Part shown: positions 1-10,737 of the stretch, piece after piece
Position numbering within the stretch: position 1 is the stretch's first letter
Layout of the letters: every line of letters begins with the position of its first letter
Origin: Octopus bimaculoides
Lineage: Eukaryota
Assembly: GCF_001194135.2 (NCBI RefSeq)
Contig: NC_068997.1
Coordinates: 8,659,740-8,723,739 of the forward strand
DNA length: 64,000 nucleotides
Direction: 5' to 3'
Made by a program: the position numbers and the translations under genes
Notes under the pieces: generated by a model
Database searches by the model: none
Told to the model about the DNA's origin: nothing
Seen by the model: the letters and a program-made list of their open reading frames with translations, nothing else

Positions 1-530
1 ACAACTAATAATCTAGTAACCCTAATATATATTTTATTTCATGTTGCTTTAGATCTTCCTTATATTAAAAAAAAAAAACAAGAAAAATTATTCAAAATGA
101 CTTTTCCTGTATCGATTTATTAATAACTTTTTTTTCTTCTTTTGTGTGTGCGAGTATCACTGGCTAATTCCTCTCTCTCTCTCTCTCTCTCTTTCTTTTA
201 TGTCATACAATTATATAAATGAACCATCCCCATTATACATAATATTAACGTGCATCTAACCAGTGACTGTATTCATGCACATATGCACACATACATGCAT
301 ATCCAACACAGGGAGATTTTTCATTAAAACCCTAAGATAAAAGTAAGCAATGCAATCAACTGTTTGTTGATAGCGTTTGAATCAGAAAATGAATCAGTTG
401 TGTAAAAGGAGGGAAAATCGGTTATTTAGCATCTTGTAAGATAGAGTCAACAAATTTTATTTCTTTTCCATCCAAGCAAATTGATGAACTGAATCATATG
501 CATTTATTTAAACAGTATCAGTGAGACAAA

Positions 531-709
531 GGTGGGGAGTTGGCAGAAACGTGAGCACGCCGGGCGAAATGCTTAGCGGTGTTTCATCTGTCTTTACGTT
601 CTGAGTTCAAATTCCGCCGAGGTTGACTTTGCCTTTCATCCTTTCGGGGTCGATCTAATCGACTGGTCCCCTCCCCCAACAATTTTGGGTCTTGTGCCTA
701 GAGTAGAAA
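531..709 (+). mobile_element. tRNA-derived SINE, family B, with 17-bp target-site duplication
   Basis: Head TGGCAGAAACG, B-box-like GAGTTCAAATTCC. AGTATCAGTGAGACAAA occurs at 514-530 and again at 710-726 (TSD). Many homologous copies in the window. Confidence 0.9.
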
Positions 710-885
710 AGTATCAGTGAGACAAACCAAGCCAAATATTCTGTGAGTCACTCTGGAGTGAGATTTGGCTCAGGTTTAGAAGATTGATACCAAACTGTCC
801 AAAACCACCCTTGATTTTATGCTTCGGACCTCAACTTTTAAAGTGGTCTAAATTAAAACTTCTTATTTAAATTTCATGTTATATA

Positions 886-1050
886 GGCGCAGGAGTGGCT
901 GTGTGGTAAGTAGCTTGCTTACCAACCACATGGTTCCGGGTTCAGTCCCACTGTGTGGCACCTTGGGCAAGCGTCTTCAACTATAGCCTCGGGCCAACCA
1001 AAGCTTTGTGAGTGGATTTGGTAGACGGAAACTGAAAGAAGCCCGTCGTG

Positions 1051-1087
<37 letters not shown>

Positions 1088-1323
1088 NNNNNNNNNNNNN
1101 NNNNNTGTGTGTGTGTGTGTGTGTGTGTCTGTGTTTGTTCCCCCAACATCGCTTGACAACCGATGCTGGTGTGTTTACGTCCCCCGTAACTTACTGGTTT
1201 GGCAAAAGAGACTGATAGAATAAGTACTAGGCTTCCAAAGAATAAGTCCTGGGGTCAATTTTCTCGATTAAAGGCGGTGCTCCAGCATGGCCGCAGTCAA
1301 ATGACTGAAACAAGTAAAAGAGT
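886..1323 (+). mobile_element. tRNA-derived CORE-like SINE, family A, near full length with internal (TA)n/(TG)n
   Basis: A-box TGGCTGTGTGGTAAG, B-box GGTTCAGTCCC, CORE-like TGTGGCACCTTGGGCAAG, 3' tail ending GACTGAAACAAGTAAAAG. About 20 copies in the window. Confidence 0.88.
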
Positions 1324-1349
1324 ATTATGCTCCAAAACAGTAGCTTGAG

Positions 1350-1514
1350 CCTTTAGCTTTCAGATTACACTATCAAATGTAATGCTTATTTATTCGCATT
1401 GTTTTGAATTAATAATACATTGTAGGGTAGATGTTAAAGGCTGGATCTGGCTGGTTTGAATATAAAGCAGGTAAAATATTTAGGCTGGATATGGCCGGTT
1501 TGAATGCTAAAGGG
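1350..1514. mobile_element. piggyBac-type MITE (internally deleted)
   Basis: Right end AATGCTAAAGGG followed by TTAA (1515-1518), decayed left end CCTTTAGC. Homologous to 11997-12208. Confidence 0.65.
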
Positions 1515-2453
1515 TTAATATTGATGGAGTTATTTTCAAAATTGATTAAACAATAAATGGTAGCATAAAGGTTAAATTACCATCTTGGCCTAAAATGCTA
1601 AAAAAAAAAAAAAATTATGACTTGACAAACTGCTTGTGACATTTTCATGTTACTCAGAAGTACTTAGAGCATGAAAAAGTTTGGGATTTCTTAGCTAATT
1701 TGAACCTAAGGTAGTTGCTTTTGAAACCCAGCTGTATTTATATAGGATATATAGCATAAGTTGGCTATGAAGAGTAATGAAATCCATTTAGGCCTTTTTT
1801 TCTCCTCAATTCACAAGGCTGGGACTGAACCCAGACCACATGGTTGGGAAGCAAACATTTTACCACAGAACCACACCTGCATGTAAGTAAATTTATGCAA
1901 CATATAACAGCAAAGGAAAATGTTTGTTCAAAATAATGATGGTGATGGTGACAATCCTATTATACATTTTGACACAGACATTGATTTATAAAGTTAATCA
2001 TGTTGAAGTAATATTAAGATCTATATCTTGGATCACCAACCCAACCCAGCCATGACAACCACCTGTTTCAGCATTGGCAGAATTATAGTGTCAGGAGCTG
2101 AAAGAGACAAGTCATGGGTTAATGTCATTTTCTTTAGACAAAATTCTTTCAACTTCTTCGTAAATACTTTGTCTTATATTAGTCGTAAAATTACTGCCAT
2201 AAAATAGCGCCATCTGTCATGTTCACAGATGTCAGTTCATTCCCATTGATGTCCTTCAAGTTCTTTTCTCTCTCCTTGGGGTTTTTTTTTACCCAATATT
2301 CTACACGGTATCGTTTATAGCTTTATCTGCTTTAAGTTTCACATTAAAATTATTTATTTGTTGTAAAGAATAAAAAGTTTAGAATGGTATAACAATGCAC
2401 TATAGAACTAAAAATGGACTATATACTTGTTGTAACTTGGTTATCTATAGTCC

Positions 2454-2489
2454 GATGATATTTCGGAATTACAATTCCTTCTTCAGATC
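2454..2489 (-). ncRNA. Minimal type I hammerhead ribozyme motif (Penelope-like type), intact core
   Basis: Minus strand reads GAT-CTGAAGA-A-GGAAT-TGTA-ATTCC-GAAA-TATC-ATC. This gives helix I GAU/AUC, CUGANGA, a 5-bp helix II with G10.1-C11.1, GAAA, palindromic AUAU helix III and an AUC cleavage triplet. Confidence 0.75.
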
Positions 2490-2850
2490 TTATTTGCTGG
2501 AGTCTCTTTCTTGAAGTTTGTAAAAAGAAATTTTTGCTTCACTGTTCCTCATTCTGGGCTGTCTTTCCTTCCGCTTCCAAAACATCTTTGGTTTTGTCAT
2601 CGATGCTTCTGTGACTTTTTTTTTTTCTAGGTAGGGAGGTTGGTCCAACACAAACCCCGCTTTTTTTTTTTTAAATTCTGGGAAGAGGTGGTCCATATTA
2701 GTCTGGCCTCTCTATTCTTTGAGACTTTATCCTGCATGGGGGTGGGTGGGGGCTACCAGGAACTTGAGCTGTGCTGGCATAGCTCTCAAGATCATTGAGG
2801 GAGGCAATCAAGTCATCACACCACAAAGAATGCACCTTGTAGTGGATTTA

Positions 2851-2979
2851 CTTTTAGCACGCTGTATGCGCATCATGTCACTATGCAAGTTTTCTCCCCT
2901 CCTAATGCAACATAATGCCCCTGCAGCTACAGGGGAGAAAATTCATACAGTGATATGATGCACACAAGCATGCTAAAGG
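2851..2979. mobile_element. Foldback MITE with piggyBac-type ends
   Basis: Inverted arms 2871-2900 / 2931-2960 give 24/30 Watson-Crick pairs. Pairing extends to ends C(T)TTTAGCA...TGCTAAAGG, flanked by TTTA / TTAA. Confidence 0.7.
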
Positions 2980-3224
2980 TTAAAATAGTCTAAGTATGAA
3001 TTTATTTATTCTTTGATTAGTTGTTGTCATTGTACTGTGGCCATACTGGAGCACTGCCTTCAAGTTTTGAGTCAATCATATTGATCCCGTTTCTTTATTG
3101 AGATATAAAGTTAGAGGACACAAAGTGACATGCAAACACAACAATGATTTTAACCAGTGTATACACATACATACATAAATACACATGTACATACATGCCT
3201 ACATACATATACACAGATACACAC

Positions 3225-3382
3225 AGATAACTGTGGTTAAGAAGCTCACTTTGCAACCACATGGTTTCAGGTTCGGTCCCACTGTGCAGCACCCTCAGTA
3301 CATATCTTCTACTACAGCCCTGAGCCAACCATTGCCTTGTGAGTGAATTTGATGCAAGGAATTTGTGTGGAAATCCATCCTC

Positions 3383-3424
<42 letters not shown>

Positions 3425-3625
3425 AGCTTATATATCTTCTCTCCACTGCTTGGTAACCAATGTTTGTTTACATCCCTGTAACATAGCAGTTCAGCAAAAG
3501 AGATTGATAGAATAAGTACTTGGGTTAGAAACATAAGTTGATTTGATTGACTAAACCCTTCAAGGCAGTGCCCCAGCATGGCCGCAGTGCAGTCAGTGAC
3601 TGAAACAAGTGAAAGGTAAAAGAGT
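3225..3625 (+). mobile_element. SINE family A
   Basis: Co-linear similarity to 886-1323 including central (TG)n and 3' tail. Confidence 0.8.
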
Positions 3626-3641
3626 ATGTACATACATACAT

Positions 3642-3755
3642 ACATACACAATACATACTTACATACACAATACATACATACATACACAATACATACTTAC
3701 ATACACAATACATACTTACATACACAATACATTCTTACATACACAATACATTCTT
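3642..3755. repeat. 19-bp minisatellite ACATACACAATACATACTT x6
   Basis: Six consecutive 19-bp units starting at 3642, 3661, 3680, 3699, 3718 and 3737, derived from (ACAT)n. Confidence 0.9.
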
Positions 3756-4569
3756 ACATACATGCTGGTACCACGTCTAAAGCACTCAGTCCACTCTGTA
3801 GTGTAGGGGAGTTGGTGTTAGGAAGGGCATCCAGCCTTAAAAACAGACAGCGGAGCCTAGTGCAGTGTTCTGCCTAGCCAACCCATGTCATGACAATGAT
3901 ACACACGTATGCCTGATGGGCTCCTTCACAAAGTCCACTCACAAGGGCTTTGGCCAAACTTTAGGTTACAGTATAAGACTCTTGACCTCGGTGCCATGCA
4001 GAAGAATCGATCTCAGAACCACACAGTCATGAAATGAACGTCTTCACTACCTGGCTACGCATGCACTTGAGTATATTTGTATGTGTATATTTCAGTGTGT
4101 GTGAGTGTGTGAAGCATGTATGTGTGTATGTATATTTAATCATTGAGCATGTTGTGTCTTAATTATATTACATAAGTTTATCAAACTATTGAAGTTCAAT
4201 CATTAGAAAGTAACTTTTTAGTGCAGCTAAAATGTATTTGAATAATCAAATATTCCCAAATGTTGGCGATGATTGCATTCTGGATTTTAGAGGCAAGTGC
4301 TCCTAGATTTGAATTGTCAAGAGATAATAGAAATGTGATTAAATTGTCAACAACATTTTCTTGATAACTTTTCCCTGGGAGCAGTACACGTCTTCTTTGT
4401 GAAGTTGATTTTATCGTATAATGCTTTTATTTTTTTTTTTTTGGTTTTTATTTTTTTCATTTTATATTGTTTAATCTGTCTTTCACAAACTCTTCTGAGA
4501 ATTTCACCAATCCTCCGCCACCTCCTTCCTCCCCATCCCTTTTCTCCAATATCCTCACCAGCCCCACTG

Positions 4570-4607
<38 letters not shown>

Positions 4608-5069
4608 ACTTCTAAGAATAAATGATAAATAAAAATAGAAAAGGATTTTGATTGCTGTATTTAAAANNNNNNNNNNTTGATTGCTGTATTTAAAACTGCC
4701 TTTTTTTTTTGTTGTTCCTGTTTTGTTTTTTTTTGTTGTTCCTGTTTTTTTTTTTGTTCCTTTCCTGCAACTAATGCATGTGATGTTTTGTAAAAGAATT
4801 TCTGTGAAGATGTTACTCCTGTTTCATGTTCTTTCTCTGTCACTGTTTAGGTCCTTACATAATTAAACTATTACGCAACTACACAGAATTTGTCTCTCCC
4901 TCCCTCCCCCTCCCTCTCTCTGTGACCATTTATAAAAGAAGCACTGTTTCCATTCATTCAGTTAGTCTCTCACTCTGCCTCAATATATTTACGTCAGGTT
5001 TCTTCAACAGTTTTGAATTAACATTTGATTGAAGGATAGAGTTATGCAAATAATATCTTCTTGCTTTCA

Positions 5070-5675
5070 GTCTTTTACTTGTGACAGTCATTGGACTGTG
5101 GCCATGCTAGGGCACCACCTTGAAGGGTTTAATCAAAGAGATCATCACCCGTACTTGTTTTTTTTTTTTAAAGCCTGGTACTTATTATATTCGGCTTTTT
5201 TGGCGAACCACTAAGTTATAGGGACATAAACAAATCAACACAGGTTATTAAGCAGTGGTGGAGGACAAACTCCTAGGTGTGTGTGGGCCTCTTTCAGGTT
5301 CTTATTTATTTATTGCCCTCAAGGGGCTAAACATAGAGGGGACAAACAAGGACAGACAAAGGGATTAAGTCAATTACATCGAGCCCAGTGCGTAACTGGT
5401 ACTTAATTTATCGACCCCGAAAGGATGAAAGGCAAAGTCAACCTTGGCGGAATTTGAACTCAGAATGTAACGGCAGACGAAATACCGCTAAGCATTTCAC
5501 CCGGCGTGCTAACGCTTCTGCCAGCTCATCGCCTCTTTCAGTTTCTGCTTACCCAATCCTGAGGCTATAGTACTATAGTAGAAGACACCTGCCCCAAGGT
5601 ACCACACAGTGAGACTGAACCCTAAACCATGTGGTTGAGAAACAAGCTTCTTACCACATAACCACATCTGCACCT
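5070..5675 (-). mobile_element. SINE family A split by a nested family B insertion
   Basis: A tail at about 5070-5270 and A head at about 5536-5675 on the minus strand, with a B copy between them. Confidence 0.7.
5297..5535 (-). mobile_element. SINE family B, variant with alternative 3' tail
   Basis: Reverse complement starts AGGCGATGAGCTGGCAGAAGCG and ends ...GAGGGCAATAAATAAATAAGAA. Same tail at 31666-31751. Confidence 0.85.
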
Positions 5676-6284
5676 ATAAACATAAATGGTAAACAAGTCA
5701 TTATTCGCACGGTATGTGTTAACCAGGTACACACAATCTGTTACCATTGTTCACTGCAATATCAACTCCAATTTCAAGATTGCATATCAAAAGAAATAGA
5801 TAGGTTTTATTCTTCTTTTTAATCGATAGCTTACCTGTATGTAATTTAGCTTAAACTTTATTGTTTCTAAAATACTTACTCACACCAGGCCAGGAATTCT
5901 GTAAGGCAATTTAAATAAATGAAATCTGTGTCAAGCCTTCACCCACAACTCACCTTTTGACACCCATTCCACCATCAATCTTCTCAGTTACCCTATTTCC
6001 TTCCCTCACTTTCCCTCCACTAAACTGCTATTTCCTGAGCCCGACTCATTCCCTATCTCTAATCATTTGTCACACTATTCTCATCCTTGTGTGCATTCTT
6101 ACCTCCACATCCATCTTTTGTCTTCCTCTATCCTATTCTTGTCTTTCATATTCGTCTTGTACCTTGATCTCACATATCTCCTCCTCCCCCGATGGGCAAG
6201 CCATGTATTCACCTCCTGACCCTCTCCTCTAGTTTCTTACCTCTCAGTACCCTAACCCCTCGTAGTAGAGGGGTCTTGTCTTAA

Positions 6285-6455
6285 AGATACTTGGTGACCT
6301 CACCAGTACAGGTGCCATGAAAAACAAAGCACCCAGTACACTCTGTGAAGTTGCTGGCATTAGGAAGGGCATCCAGTCATAGAAACCATGCCAAAAACAG
6401 ACATTGGAACTTGGCACAGTTCTTTGGCTTGTCTATCCATGCTGAACCATTGAAC
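6285..6455 (+). mobile_element. Family D (RTE-like retroposon 3' part), diverged
   Basis: GGCATTAGGAAGGGCATCCAG motif shared with 11625-11789 and 13073-13226. Confidence 0.65.
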
Positions 6456-6458
6456 CCA

Positions 6459-6500
<42 letters not shown>

Positions 6501-6750
6501 GAAAGCGACGAGCTGGGCGAAATGCTTAGCAGTATTTTGTCTGTCGCTACATTCTGTGTTCCAATTCTGAGGTCGACTTTGCCTTTCACCCTTTTGGGGG
6601 TTCAATAAAATAAGTACCAGTTGAATACTGGGGCCAATGTAATCAACTCGTCCTCACTTCCCTCAAGCTGCCCTTGTAGCATAAATTTGAAATAATTATT
6701 ATTATTATTATGAAGGCAATGAGCTGGCAGACTCATTAACGTGTTGGGCN
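6501..6750 (+). mobile_element. Two tandem SINE B copies separated by (ATT)n; the second runs into a gap
   Basis: GAGCTGG head motifs at about 6508 and 6721, each preceded by an (ATT)n tract. Confidence 0.8.
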
Positions 6751-7131
6751 NNNNNNNNNNNNNNNNNNNNNNNNNNNNNNNNNNNNNNNNNNNNNNNNNN
6801 NNNNNNNNNNNNNNNNNNNNNNNNNNNNNNNNNNNNNNNNNNNNNNNNNNNNNNNNNNNNNNNNNNNNNNNNNNNNNNNNNNNNNNNNNNNNNNNNNNNN
6901 NNNNNNNNNNNNNNNNNNNNNNNNNNNNNNNNNNNNNNNNNNNNNNNNNNNNNNNNNNNNNNNNNNNNNNNNNNNNNNNNNNNNNNNNNNNNNNNNNNNN
7001 NNNNNNNNNNNNNNNNNNNNNNNNNNNNNNNNNNNNNNNNNNNNNNNNNNNNNNNNNNNNNNNNNNNNNNNNNNNNNNNNNNNNNNNNNNNNNNNNNNNN
7101 NNNNNNNNNNNNNNNNNNNNNNNNNNNNNNN

Positions 7132-7162
<31 letters not shown>

Positions 7163-7163
7163 T

Positions 7164-7533
7164 TATGTTTGACTTTTGCTTTGCATTTGTACAAGTTGGC
7201 TCCAAGTGTCACCCAGAGACCTCAAGAGACAACAAGTTAGAAGTTCATGTTGGTGCTATGCCTAGGGTGTCATATATCTGGTTTTGTACATAGTGTTGTT
7301 CTAGAGAATGTTTAAGAAACCATAAGAAAATGATGAGTTTGTTTTAAGATTTAGGATTACATAGACAGTATTTTACGTAGGATATGGGCAGTTCCCATGA
7401 GCACTATCTTTTGAATTTCTGCCATTTTGGGGTTTCTTGATATCTGAGCTAGGTAGCAATCAGCCCCTTTTGATATCATTCCTAGGGCACCTATGACAAC
7501 AGGTATTGTTTTAGTCTTCAGGTTCCACATTTT
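7164..7533 (-). mobile_element. R4/Dong-like non-LTR retrotransposon 3' end (REL-endonuclease C-terminus plus 3' UTR)
   Basis: Minus translation KMWNLKTKTIPVVIGALGMISKG...EIQKIVLMGTAHILRKILSM* resembles the C-terminus of R4/Dong REL domains. Flanked on both sides by (ATT)n. Confidence 0.8.
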
Positions 7534-7555
7534 ATTATTATTATTATCATCATCA

Positions 7556-7589
<34 letters not shown>

Positions 7590-8045
7590 GACAGCAACCC
7601 GGCAGAATAGTTAGCATGCCAGGCGAAATGCATAGTGGTATTCTGTCTGTCTTTACTTTCTGAGCTCAAATTCTGCTTAGGTCAACTTTGCTTTCATCCT
7701 TTTGGGGGAGGGGGTCATTGAAATAAGTACCAGTTATGCACTGGGACCGATGTAATTGTGCTTATAGTAGTAAGGATTATTATTATTATCATTATTATTA
7801 TTATTATTACTACTACTACTACTACTATTATTGTTATTATTATTATTATTAGCACTGGACATGTCTTGCTGTGTTTGTTCTGGTATTTTACATTCTGAGT
7901 TCAAATCCCTCTGGAGTCAACTTTACTTTTCATCTCTCCTGGGATCAATAAAACAAAGTATCAGTGAAAGTACTGGGGGTCGTTTTGATTGATTATTTCC
8001 CCCCCTCCCCTCAAATTACTGGCCTTGTGCCTAAATTTGAAATAA
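7590..8045 (+). mobile_element. Two further diverged SINE B copies in tandem
   Basis: CTGAGC/TTCAAAT B-box and GGTCAACTTT motifs at about 7660 and 7897, with an (ATT)/(ACT)n spacer. Confidence 0.75.
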
Positions 8046-9309
8046 TTATCAGTTCTCACTTACTTGTTTTTTTGTTTTTATTTTTGCTAATTAATATTTG
8101 CAACCTGCCAGTGCTTTTTTTTTTCTTCTCCCTTCATCCAATGTGTGAACGAGCTTGCAAAGATCATTCGCTGCTGCTGGTGGTGGTGGTGGTGGACGAT
8201 ATTATTGCTGTTGTTGTTGTTGCTACCATCAGCGCTATTGATTGCCTACCTTCCCCATGGAAAGGCCAGATGTGTGTGAGGTGTGTTGATAGAATGATAG
8301 AGATGGTGGTGGCAGGGTGAGGGAGAGACAGACAGACAGACAGAGAGAAAAAGAGTGAGTGAGTGAAACTAGGCATCTGTGGTAGAGGGGTGAGGAGAGG
8401 GGGTAAGATCTAGAATATATCATCTTGGCAGCTGGTGTTTACTTTTTGTTTCTCTTTTTCTTTTTTCTTTTCCAAGTCTGCATTCATGGATCAGTTATGA
8501 TGGTGATGGTGATGATGATGATGATGATGATCTGTGTGTGTGTGGGGGGTTCGTTGTTGTTGTTGTTGTTGTTATTGCTGTTGTTACTACTGCTAGCTTG
8601 GAGGACTAACCATGATTACAAAACCTTGCTTTGTTCTTTCTAAAGATTCCCTCTTCTCCTCCTCCTCCTCCTCCTCCTCCCTCTTTCTCTTGCTTTCTCT
8701 CTCTCTCCCCCCTACAGTAACTACCATCTAATACACACACACACACACACACACATGCATTACATTATTGTTTCCTGTCATCAATCCACACTTCCTACCA
8801 ACCATGCTGTGTTTAGTCCAGGTTGTTGTTGATTGGAAAGGGTTGGCTGGCCAGTCTAGGGAGTAAGTTTGTGTGTGTGTGTGTGGTGGGGATTTTATAT
8901 GTACTTGATGAAGTAGGCTGCCTCTTCCACGATCTTTTCTCNNNNNNNNNNNNNNNNNNNNNNNNNNNNNNNNNNNNNNNNNNNNNNNNNNNNNNNNNNN
9001 NNNNNNNNNNNNNNNNNNNNNNNNNNNNNNNNNNNNNNNNNNNNNNNNNNNNNNNNNNNNNNNNNNNNNNNNNNNNNNNNNNNNNNNNNNNNNNNNNNNN
9101 NNNNNNNNNNNNNNNNNNNNNNNNNNNNNNNNNNNNNNNNNNNNNNNNNNNNNNNNTAGTATTTATTCATTAATTGATAGCAACTCATGACCATACAATA
9201 GATCAGAATTTGGTCCCTAGACCTATGAGGTTCCTCTGGCAAATCAACTCTCACTAGGCCCTAGAATATTTTAGTGACACCAGGCCACAGCACACCTGCT
9301 GGTGCTGGA

Positions 9310-9597
9310 GCACCAGTAGGTTATTCCGTCCAGTTGATCTGATCAACAGAACAGCCTGCACGTCAAATTAACGTGCAAGCGGCTGAGCACTCCACAGACA
9401 CGTGTACTCTTAACGTAGTCCTCAGAGAGATTCATCCAGACACAGAGTGTGAGACAAGGCTGGCCCTTTGAATTACTGGTACAACTCATTTTTGCCAGTT
9501 GAGTAGACTGGAGGAATGGAAAATGAAGTGTCTGGGAATTGAACTCACAACTTTACAATTTTGAGCTGAACACCTTAAATACTTAACCATGTTCCTT
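9310..9597 (-). mobile_element. Chimeric SINE: G-type head plus C-type 3' domain
   Basis: Reverse-complement head resembles 43097-43307. The 3' part matches 20135-20276 (GTGTCTGTGGAGTGCTCAGCC). Confidence 0.7.
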
Positions 9598-10063
9598 CAC
9601 AACATACATGGATCAGGATTGGCCCATAGACTAGTGAGGCCCCTGGGCAACTGCTTCATGTGTCCAAGCCTTAAGAGTGCATTGTAACTCACACCTCTGT
9701 AGATTGTGGTTCTCTGTTTTGCTGACTTCAATGTTTTTTTTTTCTTTTCAACAAGTGTTGGTTGAGGGCCATGTTGGTTGCTGATATGGGATTTTGGGAC
9801 AAGAAATATTAAATACAGCTAACTGTGTTGCTCTAAGTACATATGTGCATGTATGTTTGTGTGTGTGTGTGTGTCTGATGTTCTGCAAGTATGTGTTTTG
9901 TTCTGTTTATGTGTGTGTATGTTTATTACTCTGTGTGTGTGTGTTAGTTGCCTTGTGTGTGTGGTGTTTTCTCAGTGTGTTCGTACTTCTGTAATTTATA
10001 GATTAAAAATAATCTACTTTGCCTTTGCTCCAGTATTCGTTCTCAAATATTAAACATGCTGTG

Positions 10064-10095
<32 letters not shown>

Positions 10096-10563
10096 AAACC
10101 ACTCGTTAACAACTCTACCACACATACACACACACTCCAAATCGCATCACAATTGCTATTCTCAAGATTAACATTTTTATATCTTTTTGTGTGTGTAATT
10201 ATGTCAGGCATAAGCACAGAGCAACAGGCCTATTGATAGTTGTAGGTATGTATGTGTGTATGTATGTATGTGTGCAANNNNNNNNNNNNNNNNNNNNNNN
10301 NNNNNNNNNNNNNNNNNNNNNNNNNNNNNNNNNNNNNNNNNNNNNNNNNNNNNNNNNNNNNNNNNNNNNNNNNNNNNNNNNNNNNNNNNNNNNNNNNNNN
10401 NNNNNNNNNNNNNNNNNNNNNNNNNNNNNNNNNNNNNNNNNNNNNNNNNNNNNNNNNNNNNNNNNNNNNNNNNNNNNNNNNNNNNNNNNNNNNNNNNNNN
10501 NNNNNNNNNNNNNNNNNNNNNNNNNNNNNNNNNNNNNNNNNNNNNNNNNNNNNNNNNNNNNNN

Positions 10564-10602
<39 letters not shown>

Positions 10603-10652
10603 ATATATATATATATATAATCAAATGAATTAAAACATGTGACGGATGTCAG

Positions 10653-10737
10653 CTCATTACAGCTGTTTCTTATGTAACTTTTAATGAATAATGAGAAACA
10701 TTACATTATTTTTCAAAGGGCATATTCATCAGATGAG
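10653..10737 (-). ncRNA. Hammerhead ribozyme-like motif with extended helix II
   Basis: Minus strand reads CTCAT-CTGATGA-(56 nt)-GAAA-CAGCTG-TA-ATGAG. Helix I is 5 bp, helix III is the palindrome ACAGCTGT, and the triplet is GUA. Confidence 0.55.

Noticed and set aside
4648-4695. 19-bp direct repeat TTGATTGCTGTATTTAAAA on both sides of a 10-N gap
   Set aside because: Typical unmerged contig overlap; assembly artefact.
8244-8258. Minus-strand ATG GGG AAG|GTAGGC as a first coding exon
   Set aside because: Plausible donor, but no supportable downstream exon and it lies among simple repeats.
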